Below are positions 26,091 through 37,215 of a stretch of 64,000 nucleotides of DNA, piece after piece; positions within the stretch are counted from its first letter, which is position 1; every line of letters begins with the position of its first letter. The notes below the pieces were generated by a model. It was not told the DNA's origin, searched no databases, and saw only the letters and a program-made list of their open reading frames with translations. The translations under genes and the position numbers were made by a program. Source of the stretch: Macrostomum hystrix (Eukaryota; Animalia; Platyhelminthes); the NCBI GenBank assembly GCA_950097015.1, contig CATNEN010000039.1, forward strand, positions 19,344,001 to 19,408,000, written 5' to 3'.

Positions 26091-27071
26091 ATGGCTTACT
26101 GCATGAATATTTTGTCCCTCATTATGGCTGTTTTAGTAGCTACTAACCCGGCAGAGACGGCCAGCTTGCGCGTTGCCTTCACTGAGGAGGCCACCTGCCC
26201 TTCCGCGGCTGCCGGGACATCGGACAGCGGCATCCGGCAGGTGACAGGAGCTTCGGACCGGAGGACCTGCTTGGTTGAGTGCTCGCTATGGCCGCAATGC
26301 GTGGCGGCCTATCACTCGAGTGCATCAGCGACTTGCCAGCTCGGCACCCTGATCGCCTGGCTGAAGCTCTGGCAGGCCGGTAGCTGCAAGAGCCACATCC
26401 GGCCGCCGCCGATATCCGATAGTTTGGTTCCGAAACTGCTGGCCTTTTATAACTTCCGGTTCGGCCTGTCTAACCAGCTGAACGCGAGCGCCTTCACTCT
26501 GACGCCAAACAAGGCTAACCGTAGTCGTCTCGGTCTGGAGCTGCTCGGCTCTTTCGATTCCAACGCTGATGTGGACCTGATGGGCCGAGGCCTCAGCTAC
26601 TATGCCCCGTCGCAATTGCTGACCTTCTTTATCAAGGTGACGACATCGTACGACTTCGAGGCGCGCTGTTTTCACCGGGTCTTCAATCGGAGCGTCGGAC
26701 TGACGGACGGAGCCACCGGGCGATGGTGTCGCAACGCTGGGCGCGCCGTCTTTCTGCAGCGCAACTTCAACAGGCGAATTTTCACCTCGGGCAGCGCCTT
26801 TCTGCCTCAGGACCCGATCAATCTGGCCACATTCGGCACTGCGGTGTCATTCGACCCGACAGGACCTGGAGCTGCAAGCTTCTTCTATAACGGCACCCTG
26901 GACTCTGTGGCAGCCACTTATGTCAACGAAAGCGGAACCATCTTCGGTGAGGACGGTCTTTCCATCGGCTATGACAACTACTCGCCATTTAAGGGCTACG
27001 TGCACTGCTACGGAATGGCTACGGCTGCACTGACGCCCTCGGAGGTGCAGCAGCTGGAGACGCTTTGCTAA
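26091..27071 (+). CDS. Intronless secreted protein: signal peptide, PAN/apple domain, LamG/concanavalin A-like domain (326 aa)
   Basis: Hydrophobic N-terminus; CLVECSLWPQCVAA...CQL (PAN); LLAFYNF...FFYNG...LSIG...FKGYV...ALTPSEVQQL (LamG/pentraxin-like); AATAAA at about 27140. Confidence 0.8.
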   Translation: MAYCMNILSLIMAVLVATNPAETASLRVAFTEEATCPSAAAGTSDSGIRQVTGASDRRTCLVECSLWPQCVAAYHSSASATCQLGTLIAWLKLWQAGSCKSHIRPPPISDSLVPKLLAFYNFRFGLSNQLNASAFTLTPNKANRSRLGLELLGSFDSNADVDLMGRGLSYYAPSQLLTFFIKVTTSYDFEARCFHRVFNRSVGLTDGATGRWCRNAGRAVFLQRNFNRRIFTSGSAFLPQDPINLATFGTAVSFDPTGPGAASFFYNGTLDSVAATYVNESGTIFGEDGLSIGYDNYSPFKGYVHCYGMATAALTPSEVQQLETLC

Positions 27072-27159
27072 AATTTTCTTCAACCTGCTGACTACAGCTG
27101 ACTGAGCCAACTGAGCCACTGTAACAACTGCTAAAAGTGAATAAAAATAGTTGATTGCA

Positions 27160-27370
27160 CCTGCCCTAATCGGGCCAGGTATGCAGCCGAAAGAATAGCC
27201 GCAGCTATCGCGCGGCGCTTCTGGTGGCTGCCAAAGGTTGTTCAGCCAAACCCGCCCTCAATTACCCTAGCTGATGCTGGCACCCGTTAAGTGTCTTGCT
27301 AAATTACACAAATTGCCCCAGTGGAGTCGGAGTCAACCCCCCCGGATCGTCAACTCATGGGTTCGACGCT
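27160..27370 (-). mobile_element. Degenerate SINE family B
   Basis: Patchy similarity to 56535-56812. Confidence 0.6.
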
Positions 27371-27855
27371 CTATACACAAGGTTTCGAACAATTGAGACA
27401 CTAAAGAACTTAACCATAAGATAGATCTAAGAATAATTTTAATCCTTCAAAATTTACTATGTCATTAGTTAAATGCTCTGTGACGATTCTTTGAAGTTCG
27501 CATGCAGACGGCAAGTATAATATTGTATGAGTTGAACCGTTGCAATTGAAGAGAATATTGGATGTGTAGTGGAAGATATTTGCTAATGCCACGCTTAATC
27601 AGTGTAATTAAATTAATAATTGAGATCATTTAACTCAACGCTATCTAAAAAATATTTTTGCTAGCTTTAAAACTGAGTCACGTTTCTAAGAAAGCGCAGT
27701 ATAACTATTTTAATATAATAACAGATTAGCGGCAATCAACAGCCTCATAAATTAGGCATTATAACAGGTAATTAGTTTTGTCTTCCTGTTACCTTCTGCC
27801 ACAGCAACAGAGAGATAAACGCTCCACGGGCCAGAGGCCCGTTTCTGTGTAGACT

Positions 27856-29784
27856 CCGGAGTCACATGAAAAGCGGCAGCGTAGCTCTGCCTCTCGCTTC
27901 CAGTGTATTTAAATTCAAGCAGCGCGCAAAACAGAGGCAGAATGGGGAGAGAGGGAGAAACGCTGGGAGATTGCTAACACAGGGCGCGGACCCCGGGATT
28001 ATAAGCATCTGGACTGGAAGGAGAGATAATTTTATTTTCCACCCTATACCACAAGGGGGCAATGCTTCTCCTTTCTGTCCCCAGTTGGGGGCTTGGGGTC
28101 TTTGTTCCACGAGGGAAAGAAAGCTTTCGTTGTACACTAAAAAGCTCTCTCTACAATGCACATTCCAATTCGTCCCTGTTCGTATTTCGGCCGGGGTTGT
28201 GGCCTGTGTAGTGGACTACAAGAATCGCTGCACTGTACAGCATGTCCTAAAAACGATCTCTCCTTGTTTTTGCTAACTAGCACTCATAATTGTCTGAGAC
28301 TCTGAGAGTGAAGACCACTAATGGTGAAGGCTTGCTCAGCGTACGGATGCTCAAATCGAGCAAATGGAACTGTCGCAGGAGTCAGCTTCCATAGTTTTCC
28401 ATGGAAGGACCCCGCCCTTCTGGAAAAGTGGAAGCGAGCCAACCCAAGGCAGGAGTTTGAGCCAACAAAAAACTCAAGGAATTGCTCTAGACATTTTCAT
28501 CCGGACGACTTCGTTGAAAGTTCCATGGATACAAACGTCGCACGTAAGAAGAGCAAGGAGCAACTACTAAGACGCCTTTTGAAACAAGGGGCTGTGCCGT
28601 CCATCTTTCCCAACGCTCCATCCTACCTGTCCTCTGAAAAAAAGCCGCAGAGATCAACAGCGGCGACTTCTTTTGAACGTCTGGAGCGGGAACTCAGTGC
28701 CCTGCATAGCAGCATCGACACCTTTCAGGAAGCCGACTCAATTGCTGATTGCAGCCTACACGACGTGCGCTCCAGACTTGATCAGGAGGAGAGTAAGCCA
28801 GCAGGTTTTCAAATCTCTCTGTCCGACGGCAAGCTGTACTTGTGTCAACAACTTGGCCGTAAAGCTAGACATGGATTGCGAGCCAGCTCCTGCTGATCAG
28901 ACGGTAATTTATTACGTCATTGCCGCTGTTGCCCGAACTCTGGTGAAAAACCGAAGGTGTGATTCGTGCAGAGAACTGCTGTTGGAGGAAGATGCTGCCG
29001 CGCAGTTGGATGTTGACTGGGTTCCAGCACAGGCCTCCTCCTTCATTGACCAGATCAACCGAGGTGGTCTTTGCCAGCCAACTGAGTTTGCTTTTGCTTT
29101 GGGCACTCATTGCTGGAAAATTTTCTAAGAGATTCGGCGAAAGGAGACATTGAAGAAGGAGTTCATGTGCGCTCAGCAGCAGCAGCTGGTATTTTGTGGA
29201 CTCGTGGACGAAATGACCGACGACGCACTTTTTCTAGAATCATTCACCCACCTCACAACATGCACCCAAGGACATGATGTGAAGACAGAATTGTCTAAAG
29301 CGTTCTTCAACTGCATGATGAGGAACCTGGCTAAGGAAGTTTCTGGCGATTCGGAGCGCGGAAGGAAGCGGAAGATTGCGAAGCTCTCCAGTCAGTCTGC
29401 CGATTCCTACTAATAATTAACTGCGGATTCGCCTCGGTTTCAGATTAAGTGGCTTGTCAGAAATGTTTTTGCTTTTTCCAATGTTGCAAAGTGTTTTTTT
29501 CAGTTGTGCACGTGTCTATTTATCTATTTATGTGATTTGTGTTAGCAATTCATGCCCTTCTGCAGAAAAGCTGTGTAGGAAACTAATGCCCCCTTGTGGT
29601 ATGGGTTATTTTTAGCCTTCCAGTCCAGTTGCTTATAATCCCGGGGTCCGCGCACAGGGGCAGTTGTTTCTTTGTCCCACACGCACACGCTCCCCAGCGA
29701 ACGCTCGCCGAACTTCTTCCTCACATTCCTGGGCCGTATCGATCCACGGACGCCTCGTCGTGTACGCGAATCATGTGAGCCATG
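27856..29784 (+). mobile_element. Internally deleted THAP-domain P-element-like transposon (pseudogenised)
   Basis: Canonical THAP at 28321 (CSAYGC...FHSFP...W...CSRHF...AVPSIF), then a frameshifted transposase C-terminus (IYYV...CDSC...RGGLCQP). Subterminal inverted repeats at about 27985-28070 and 29585-29652; TCACATGA inverted near both ends. Confidence 0.8.
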
Positions 29785-29949
29785 CAAATACAATGTTCTG
29801 AAGCGTATTTACAAGGCTTACAGGCATAATGAACATTTATTTAATAAGAAAACTGTTTATAGCATATAGCATTGAGTGTCTAGGCTTACAATCATATTTG
29901 CTGAGAAAAGTGCCACATGAATAAAAAAATTTAAACGAAAAATTTGTCC

Positions 29950-30125
29950 TTAGTCGGGCCAGTCGCAGCCGAAGCTATAGCGTGGTGCTTTCAAAAGCTG
30001 TGTACAGTTGGTCAGTCCCTGGACCGAGAAAGCCGCCACACCAAGCCACATTTCTATCATAGCTTGTGCTGGTACCCATTTTACTGTTGGATTAACTGAA
30101 GAACAATGCACATAAATCATTTCCT
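29950..30125 (-). mobile_element. Degenerate SINE family B
   Basis: Similarity to 56620-56790. Confidence 0.55.
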
Positions 30126-30639
30126 AGTAATTCTAGTACTAAAAAATAAACCAATAAACAAGTAGCAAACCTGACTCAGTTCACTACCGAAATTGCGTGT
30201 AAATACGGCTAGCAAGAAGCAGCAAAACACTTCGCTCTGCTATCTGCAATGCTTAAACCTCACACAAGAAAAAGTGATCGCATCGCCCACAAGTTTTTGC
30301 CTAATGGCAAGTACGTATATTAATTTCCAGAATTTGCAAGCCATGCTGCATCTGTTCTGAACTGCAATCTTGAAATTGTAAGTAACAAACAGAAACGAAA
30401 TGTGCTTTTAGAATGTGCGTAGAATGCAAGTTGGGCCACTGTGCGAACTATCTTAGGAGCTATGCGGCTCAGCTGCAACTCAGTTGTGTCGACATTCAAT
30501 AAGCTGACGTTGCTCTAGCTGATTCCGCACCGGTCTACTTCGCCTTCGTCGCCTTCGCCGACAACTTCTGCACCGGAAGTATTAGTCGATGTTGGCCTGC
30601 AAACTCTGATAGATTGCAGAGAACTTTCTGAACTGCTGA

Positions 30640-31160
30640 CACTGCCTTTGGCATTGGAATAATCTTCAACACTGTTTAACTATGTCCTGTTTGATAGCTT
30701 ACGAAATTTATGCCGAGTATGCGACGAGACATTCTCGGCCTTCCAATTGTTTTATTCGTGCTCTGGTTTGGCGTCCTTTATCTTCGAGGCGGAGTATCTC
30801 TGTTTCTCTTTCGTTCTTACTTCCATTACAAAGAACTATAACATAAAGTTCAGATCCGATTTGCTCATCTCATGCAGTTCCTTGAGCACCATCAGCCCAG
30901 ATTGCTCGCCAGCAGACACCCACTGTGTCTTCTTTTCGTTGTGCCATTCCATGAACGTGTTGACCATCCAAGTAGCATTCTTCTTAGTAGCTTCTGACAC
31001 AGCCATCGACAACAGCCATGAGCTCTTCCTCCGACGTAAAATCGAAGCGAGGGCTTGAGGGTGTCTCCGATGTGGTTCCGTCCGCAAAAATCAAATCAAC
31101 CATTCTCGCTATATCGTCGTCAATACTGGCGAAGTCACTAATGTCTTCAGCTATTTCGTG
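30640..31160 (-). pseudogene. Crypton-like tyrosine recombinase (DUF3504-type) remnant, internally deleted and frameshifted
   Basis: RFDFTSEEEL / ATKKNATWMVNTFMEW...LHEMSKSDLNFML*FFVMEVR resembles the Crypton/ZMYM-type N-terminal region. A frameshifted TGH..LNSVEDYS at about 30655-30695 resembles the catalytic H...Y box. Confidence 0.6.
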
Positions 31161-31215
31161 CGCAAGCGTTGTACGAGTAATTAAATTAGTTACACAGCGG
31201 CGCATCCAACTATCG

Positions 31216-31819
31216 CAGGGGTCGGCAACCTTATATACCCCGCGGGCTAAAGAGAGAATCTTAAAGACGACGGCGGGCCGCATGAAGAAAGGGAAGAGAT
31301 TAGACACATGAGAGATCAGACAGGTGAGAGATCAGACAGGTGAGAGATCAGACAGGTGAGAGATGAGACAGGGGAGAGATGAGACAGGGGAGAGATGAGA
31401 CAGGAGAGAGATGAGACAGGGGAAAGGTGAGACAGGGGAGAGATGAGACAGGGAGAGATGAGACGGGAGAGATAACACAGGAGAGAGGTGAGACAGGAGA
31501 GAGGTGAGACAGGGGAGAGATAAGACAGGGGAAAGGTGAGACAGGAGAGAGATGAGACAGGAGAGAGGTGAGACAGGGGAGAGATGAGACAGGGGAAAGG
31601 TGAGACAGGGGAGAGATGAGATAGGGAGAGATGAGACGGGAGAGATAACACAGGAGAGAGGTGAGACAGGAGAGAGGTGAGACAGGAGAAAGGTGAGACA
31701 GGGGAGAGATGAGATGAGATAGGGTGTACTGTAGAGTAGGTGTTAGGAGGAGCTAAGGGCCAGATTTGGGAGCTTCGAGGGCCGCATCTGGCCCGCGGGC
31801 CGGAGGTTGCCGACCCCTG
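31216..31819. mobile_element. hAT (Charlie-like) MITE with an internal purine-rich ~17-bp minisatellite
   Basis: Perfect TIR CAGGGGTCGGCAACCT; perfect 8-bp TSD AACTATCG (31208-31215 and 31820-31827). Confidence 0.95.
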
Positions 31820-33829
31820 AACTATCGCTATCGCATCCAACTCGGGACTGTTCCGTTTCGATCAGAAACGGAATAGATCATAGACCATTTCGATCATAGA
31901 CTGTTCAGCTATAGTTATTTTTTTCCACAAGACCGAGCCAAGTTGGGGAAGAAGTACTATCTCTCCCGTTTATTCACATCTCTTGCCAAGGGAAAGTAAT
32001 GTGTAGGCGCGGCAAATAGTATGGAATTGCATTGTTAATTGCCTGCCATGACAAACAATTCTCATAATTCCAGTCGCAATACTTACTTCTGCCACCCTTT
32101 TCAAAATGCACAGCTTATGCTGAGTATGATGTGGGTTGTAGTTCGAATGCATTCCCTATAATGCAAGGCCATTTAATGCCCTGGCCTCATCAATAAACTT
32201 TCCAAAACGTCAAAAACAAAAATGCAACATATTTCTCAAAGCCACAATGCCACACGTCTTAAAGTTTAGAAGCCTTTCTTTTTACGTTGATGGGGTATAA
32301 AAACAATGAGGGAAACGACACCAGCAGTGCCAGAAAGTGAGAGCGTCATCAAACAGGCTACTTCTCTCGAGAGTGAAATACTAGCCTTCGCACGCGGCCT
32401 TCGGCCTTCCATGAGTCGTAGCAGTAAAACGCACTGCAATCGGAGCATCTTCCATGACGTTGAGCAGGTAGAGAATGTACACAGTTCTTGACACAGTTTA
32501 TATTGTATAGAATGCCTGATACGAGAGGGAAATAATTTGACTTTCTTGCAGACTGTCCGGTACAGACTTGCCTGCAATTGCTTATATATTCTACTAAGTA
32601 CTAAGTGGCGAAGTTGCGAAGTCAGACGGACTTTATGACCTGTGGCGAGGTGCAGGGTCTTGTGGCACTTCATCAAAGACTTGCAAGCGTCGCTGGTGTC
32701 GACAGAGCTGGTAGACGACCGCTCAAGTGGCAATAAAACAGTCCAATGCATGGTAAACAAGAGTCACGCGAGCCCTAGGAGTCTTGGGATTAGACTTAAG
32801 TCGCAATAAAGTTCTTTACTATGTTTTACAAGCTTTTTGTTCATGTACAGCTAGCTGTATTATAATAAACATTGCTTTTAGAAAAGCAGACATTGGACAG
32901 TTAAGTGCCACATGGTACGAGGTAATCACAAACTTCACAAACGAAGCGGTGATAATTGATAATGAAGCAGTGTGATATCTGTAATCCTGATTCCTTACCT
33001 CCCTGACTCACTCTTCCCTCCAACCGACTGACCTTGCAACCCTTACATCACAGGTTAATTTCAGTGGCACTTATTATTACCAAGTCCGGGTTCCTGAAAC
33101 AGCAACGCATCTCCAGTTACATGCATCTCCTTCTTTTTCTTATTATTTTTGCATTTAAAATTCTCTAAAATTTCTTCGACCAGCGAACATGCTCTAATCG
33201 TAAACAAACAAATATTAATCTATTTCTACGAGCGTAGTTATCTGTACATTGTGTGGGCTCTCCTGTTTTTATAAGAAATTTGTCGAGAAGATTTGGACTG
33301 TCAACTGGGCAGTAACCTGGGCAGTCAACCCTTTAAAATCTCTCTGAGCATAGGAAACCTCGCTCAGGCATCCCATTCCCAATCCTAATGGGAAAAAGAA
33401 AGGGCGCAGAAAAAGGGGTGAAGGAGTGGGGTGGGTGTGCTGGGGCAGAAGGGTCAGGGTGGCAGCGGCGCAGCGCAACAGTCCAAAGCTGAGGGGAGTG
33501 GACAGTGAACACTGTACAAGGACGAGAATGCCAAGGTCCTTGGGTTAGTTGTTGGCTACTGGGGGAGTAACTGCTGCTGAGCTGATCAATTTAGAGCGAT
33601 GAGATGAGGTGATAAGGCGACCCATCTGTCGATTGCACGGATAACACTAGCGAAAGCAGTGACATCTGGAAACTGACAATCATGATTGAGAATGCTTGAG
33701 AAATACGATTTGTGGACAATGAAAAGCTTCCTGCTAATTTGTTCGTTCAATCTCGGGATAGGAAAATGTCCGTATTTGTGAACACTTGTAAAATTGAAAT
33801 GCTGAGTATTGGAAATACATTGCGGTAAA

Positions 33830-34190
33830 ATCTCGGCGGGAAAATCTCCACAGGAAAAACTCGGCAGGAAATTTTGGCGGGAAAAACTCGGCGGGCAAGA
33901 CTCCACGGGAAATTCCTTTGTGGGAAAATCGCTCTGCGGGTAAAACTCGGCGGGCAAACCGGGGCAAGTCTCCACGGGAATGGGAAAATCGCTCTGCGGG
34001 TAAAACTCGGCGGGCAAACCGGGGCAAGTCTCCACGGGAATGGGAAAATCGATCTGCGGGTAAAACTCGGCGGGCAAACCGGGGCAAGTCTCCACGGGAA
34101 TGGGAAAATCGCTCTGCGGGTAAAACTCGGCGGGAAAATCTCGAGGGGAAATCCGTTCGCGGGAAAATCGCTCTGCGGGCAAAACTCGCA
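33830..34190. repeat. 60-bp tandem repeat (3+ copies) with degenerate CGGCGGGAAAA flanking subunits
   Basis: GGGAAAATCGCTCTGCGGGTAAAACTCGGCGGGCAAACCGGGGCAAGTCTCCACGGGAAT repeated at a 60-nt period. Confidence 0.9.
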
Positions 34191-34419
34191 AGTAATATCC
34201 TTGTGTATTAAGAGCATACATCAAAATATGCTTTTCAGAGTATTAGTTTCTATAAGTGTAGCTCAGCTAAGCTGAGATGCCCTTCGCTGCCAGAATCGCA
34301 TGCATTTTAGTTCCCTTAGTTTCTAAGAGTTACTGCATGAACTGACAGCAATTAGTTATATTAAATGTGTTTTATGTTCTTTCAGCAGAATTCAGTGCTG
34401 CCTCTTATTTTCCATGTAT

Positions 34420-34812
34420 ATAATTATTTTCTGTTCCCTTTGGCTGTCCCTTTCGCTATTTTCTTCACATATAGTTTTCTTTGTACCGAACGGCTTTTGT
34501 ATATACACTGTAAAATATATCGTATCACCGTATTGTGTCATTGACAGGATTTAGATTAAATCTTATGACTTGACCTAATATACAGAGGGACGCAGAATGA
34601 ATCTTTTGCTCAAAGCCTTACATGCGGTTTCCACTAGCATTAAAGTCACATAGTCCACGATATTACTTTCAGAGGGGGGCGAAAACGAGTTCGTCTATGG
34701 CAGTCACGAGCCAATAGGAAGGAACGGGGGGAACGGGATGTTAAAAGTGAAGATCGAGCGAAACAAAAATAACCGGCTCAGATTGGCACTCCATTCTATT
34801 CTTTCCTCCATG
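34420..34812. mobile_element. Partial copy of the P-like MITE at 41464-42050
   Basis: High identity to 41660-42050, ending in CCTCCATG. Confidence 0.85.
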
Positions 34813-35069
34813 GTTCAAACCCACAGTGGCAGCTCTCTCCATTAATTTCTGTCTATGGGCAGAACCAATTTATGAAAATTAAAATGAAAATGAAATGTGT
34901 CTTTTTCTTGAAAGTGATAATGAAAATGAGTCAAAGAAAATGTGAATTAAACTTGCTAAAAATATTGACCAAACTTTAGTTTAGCCCATAGATATGTCTT
35001 CCGCACCCCATAGAGATTTTTTCGCAAGTTTAATTGAAATTTTCCCTGACTGCTACTGGACAAAAAATA

Positions 35070-35832
35070 GTACAGCTTTTGTCAGGCTATCTAAGCCTAT
35101 GGGCATTCAAACTCAGCCAGCCCATCTTGTCACTGCGGGTTTTTTACTGAAGCTGCTAATTTTTACCATAGACATGCATTTTAAGACCATGCTATCTCAG
35201 CTTGGGACGAGCAATCTCAGCCAACCTATAATTTCTATGCTATTCTGTCTATAGTTTTGTCTTAAACTGTAATCTTAAATGTATACAGGGCTCCACCCAG
35301 AGCTCTGGCTATTGTCTTAAAGGAGACCGGTGGCATGTCTGGAAGCTGAGCAGCGAGATTAGTCTGCAATGCTTTCAGTGTCGCCATCGGATTTTCATTT
35401 AAGAGGCCGATGAGCATCTCGTCGTCCAGCTTGCAAGAGCCGATCTTCCGGCCTCCGCGCTGAAGAGCATCAATCCGACCTGTAGCTTCAAAAGTGGCAA
35501 TGATGTGGCGAGCGGTTTTCAATTTGATGCCAAGAATTGTAGCGGCTAGACCAATATCCTGTCCTTCCGTCCACGCGGAGATCAAGCGTCTTCTATCAAC
35601 GTTGCTGGTTGCCCTCATTTTGGCGGAACAGCTTCAAATGTTAACAAAACTATAGACAGAATAACATAGAACTTATATGTTGGCTGAGATTGCTCGTCCC
35701 AAGCTGAGATAGCATGGTCTTAAAATGCATGCATATGGTAAAAATTAGCAGCTTCAGTAAAAAAACCGCAGTGACAAGATGGGCTGGCTGAGTTTGAATA
35801 CTCATTCGCTGAGATAGCCTGACAAAAGCTAT
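35070..35832 (-). mobile_element. Tc1/IS630-like deletion derivative: ~190-bp inverted repeats around the N-terminal HTH part of a transposase (35262-35618)
   Basis: Inverted repeats at 35072-35260 and 35645-35830. The ORF (DRRRLISAW...RGG...KL...NPMATLKALQ...TIARAL) aligns by eye with the N-terminus of the 47116 transposase. Confidence 0.8.
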
Positions 35833-37215
35833 AGTAATTTGCCACAAGGATGAGTGGCCCATCCAGTAAATATCCATGCGTGTGAACCAAACTGATGCTT
35901 GCGTGCCTTGTTGCTATTGAAGTTGGTTTGAGCAGGTTTGGCCATAGACAACTAGGTCTTAGTCAATAATTGGGCTATTGGAGCGATTCTACTCATAGAA
36001 ATATAGGGAAGTTACTTTGTGACACGCTTAAGAGTACAGACAATAAATATGCCTGTAGCCTAGAGGGACTTGCTAACGTTTCTACAATCCGTCAAACACT
36101 AGCGGAATGAATGAGCTTTGTTCCTGTAATAACTAAGGCCGAGGCTATTTTTAGTGCGCAGACAAAACTCTCATTTTTACTGCCACGCTGAGCGCGCGTC
36201 AATATATTATTTGCTAGAACTGGGGTGGCGACACCCACCCGCTCCGCAACCAATCAAACGACCCAGGTGTACACCTGGGCCTGGCTCACGTGCGTACGCA
36301 CACTACAGTTCTCAATAGTCCTATGAGCGTTTAATTGACAAAACTCAACATGTTTCTGAAATCCAAGAAGGCGTGGGTGCTTGCCGTATGTAACACACTA
36401 AAAGTGGGGAACGAACCTCGCGCTGGCAGACCGAGACCGGTTTCTGGCTTGTTTGCCTTAGTCAGTCAGCCATAGCAACACGCAGTCCTCTCCCACCACT
36501 CTTAGTGTGCACAGAAGTCTCTTTTAACCTTGCAATTTTTGGCGATACTTTTTTATTGTTATGTGAGAGTTTTGCAGCCAATACCGTTGTCAGTAGTCTG
36601 AATTGTATCTCTCACACCGTATATACTTGTAAGACCGTGCTCTGCCTCAAACTGATGACAAAAGACTCACTCACACTGCCATCAAGCGAGACCAAATGAC
36701 ATCATCACTGTTGTAATAAAAATTTATTGACCAATCGTTTGAACAATACAATAATACAATACAATAAGTACAATGTCCACCGACCACAAGTGGCCTGAAA
36801 TGGGGCATTGTCAAAAAACACGTCTGGCCGCACAGTCTCTGATGAAGGCGGCGCCATTAGCCTGAACAACAAATGTATAAAATAAAATATTAGTACTTCG
36901 ATCGAGCGAACGAGTCATAAAATGACATTTCGTTGCTATCGTGTGTTTTGGTATATAAGGTCCGAACGAGTTTAATTCCAATGGACTGTGTTGCAGTTTA
37001 TTTTATTTTAGTCGAGGATGCAGAATCATTGAATGTTTTCTAGTTTATCCGTTAAGAACCATTAAGAACAGATCATTTAATTGTAATCATAGAAGCTTTG
37101 AATAGAATTTTTAGGCAAAAATTAACAGAACTACAAATAAGTTTTTGAATAAAACATGAATGAAATTGTTGAGATTTCGTTAGATTCATTAGCAGATCCT
37201 TGGTATTTGCAGGAA

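Noticed and set aside
32266-32760. 164-aa ORF containing TGH, considered as more recombinase sequence
   Set aside because: No supporting motif context in any frame I could read.
33586-34275. Repetitive ORFs over the 60-bp array (also 15479-16021, 31316-31840, 59293-59899)
   Set aside because: Tandem-repeat artefacts in introns or MITEs.
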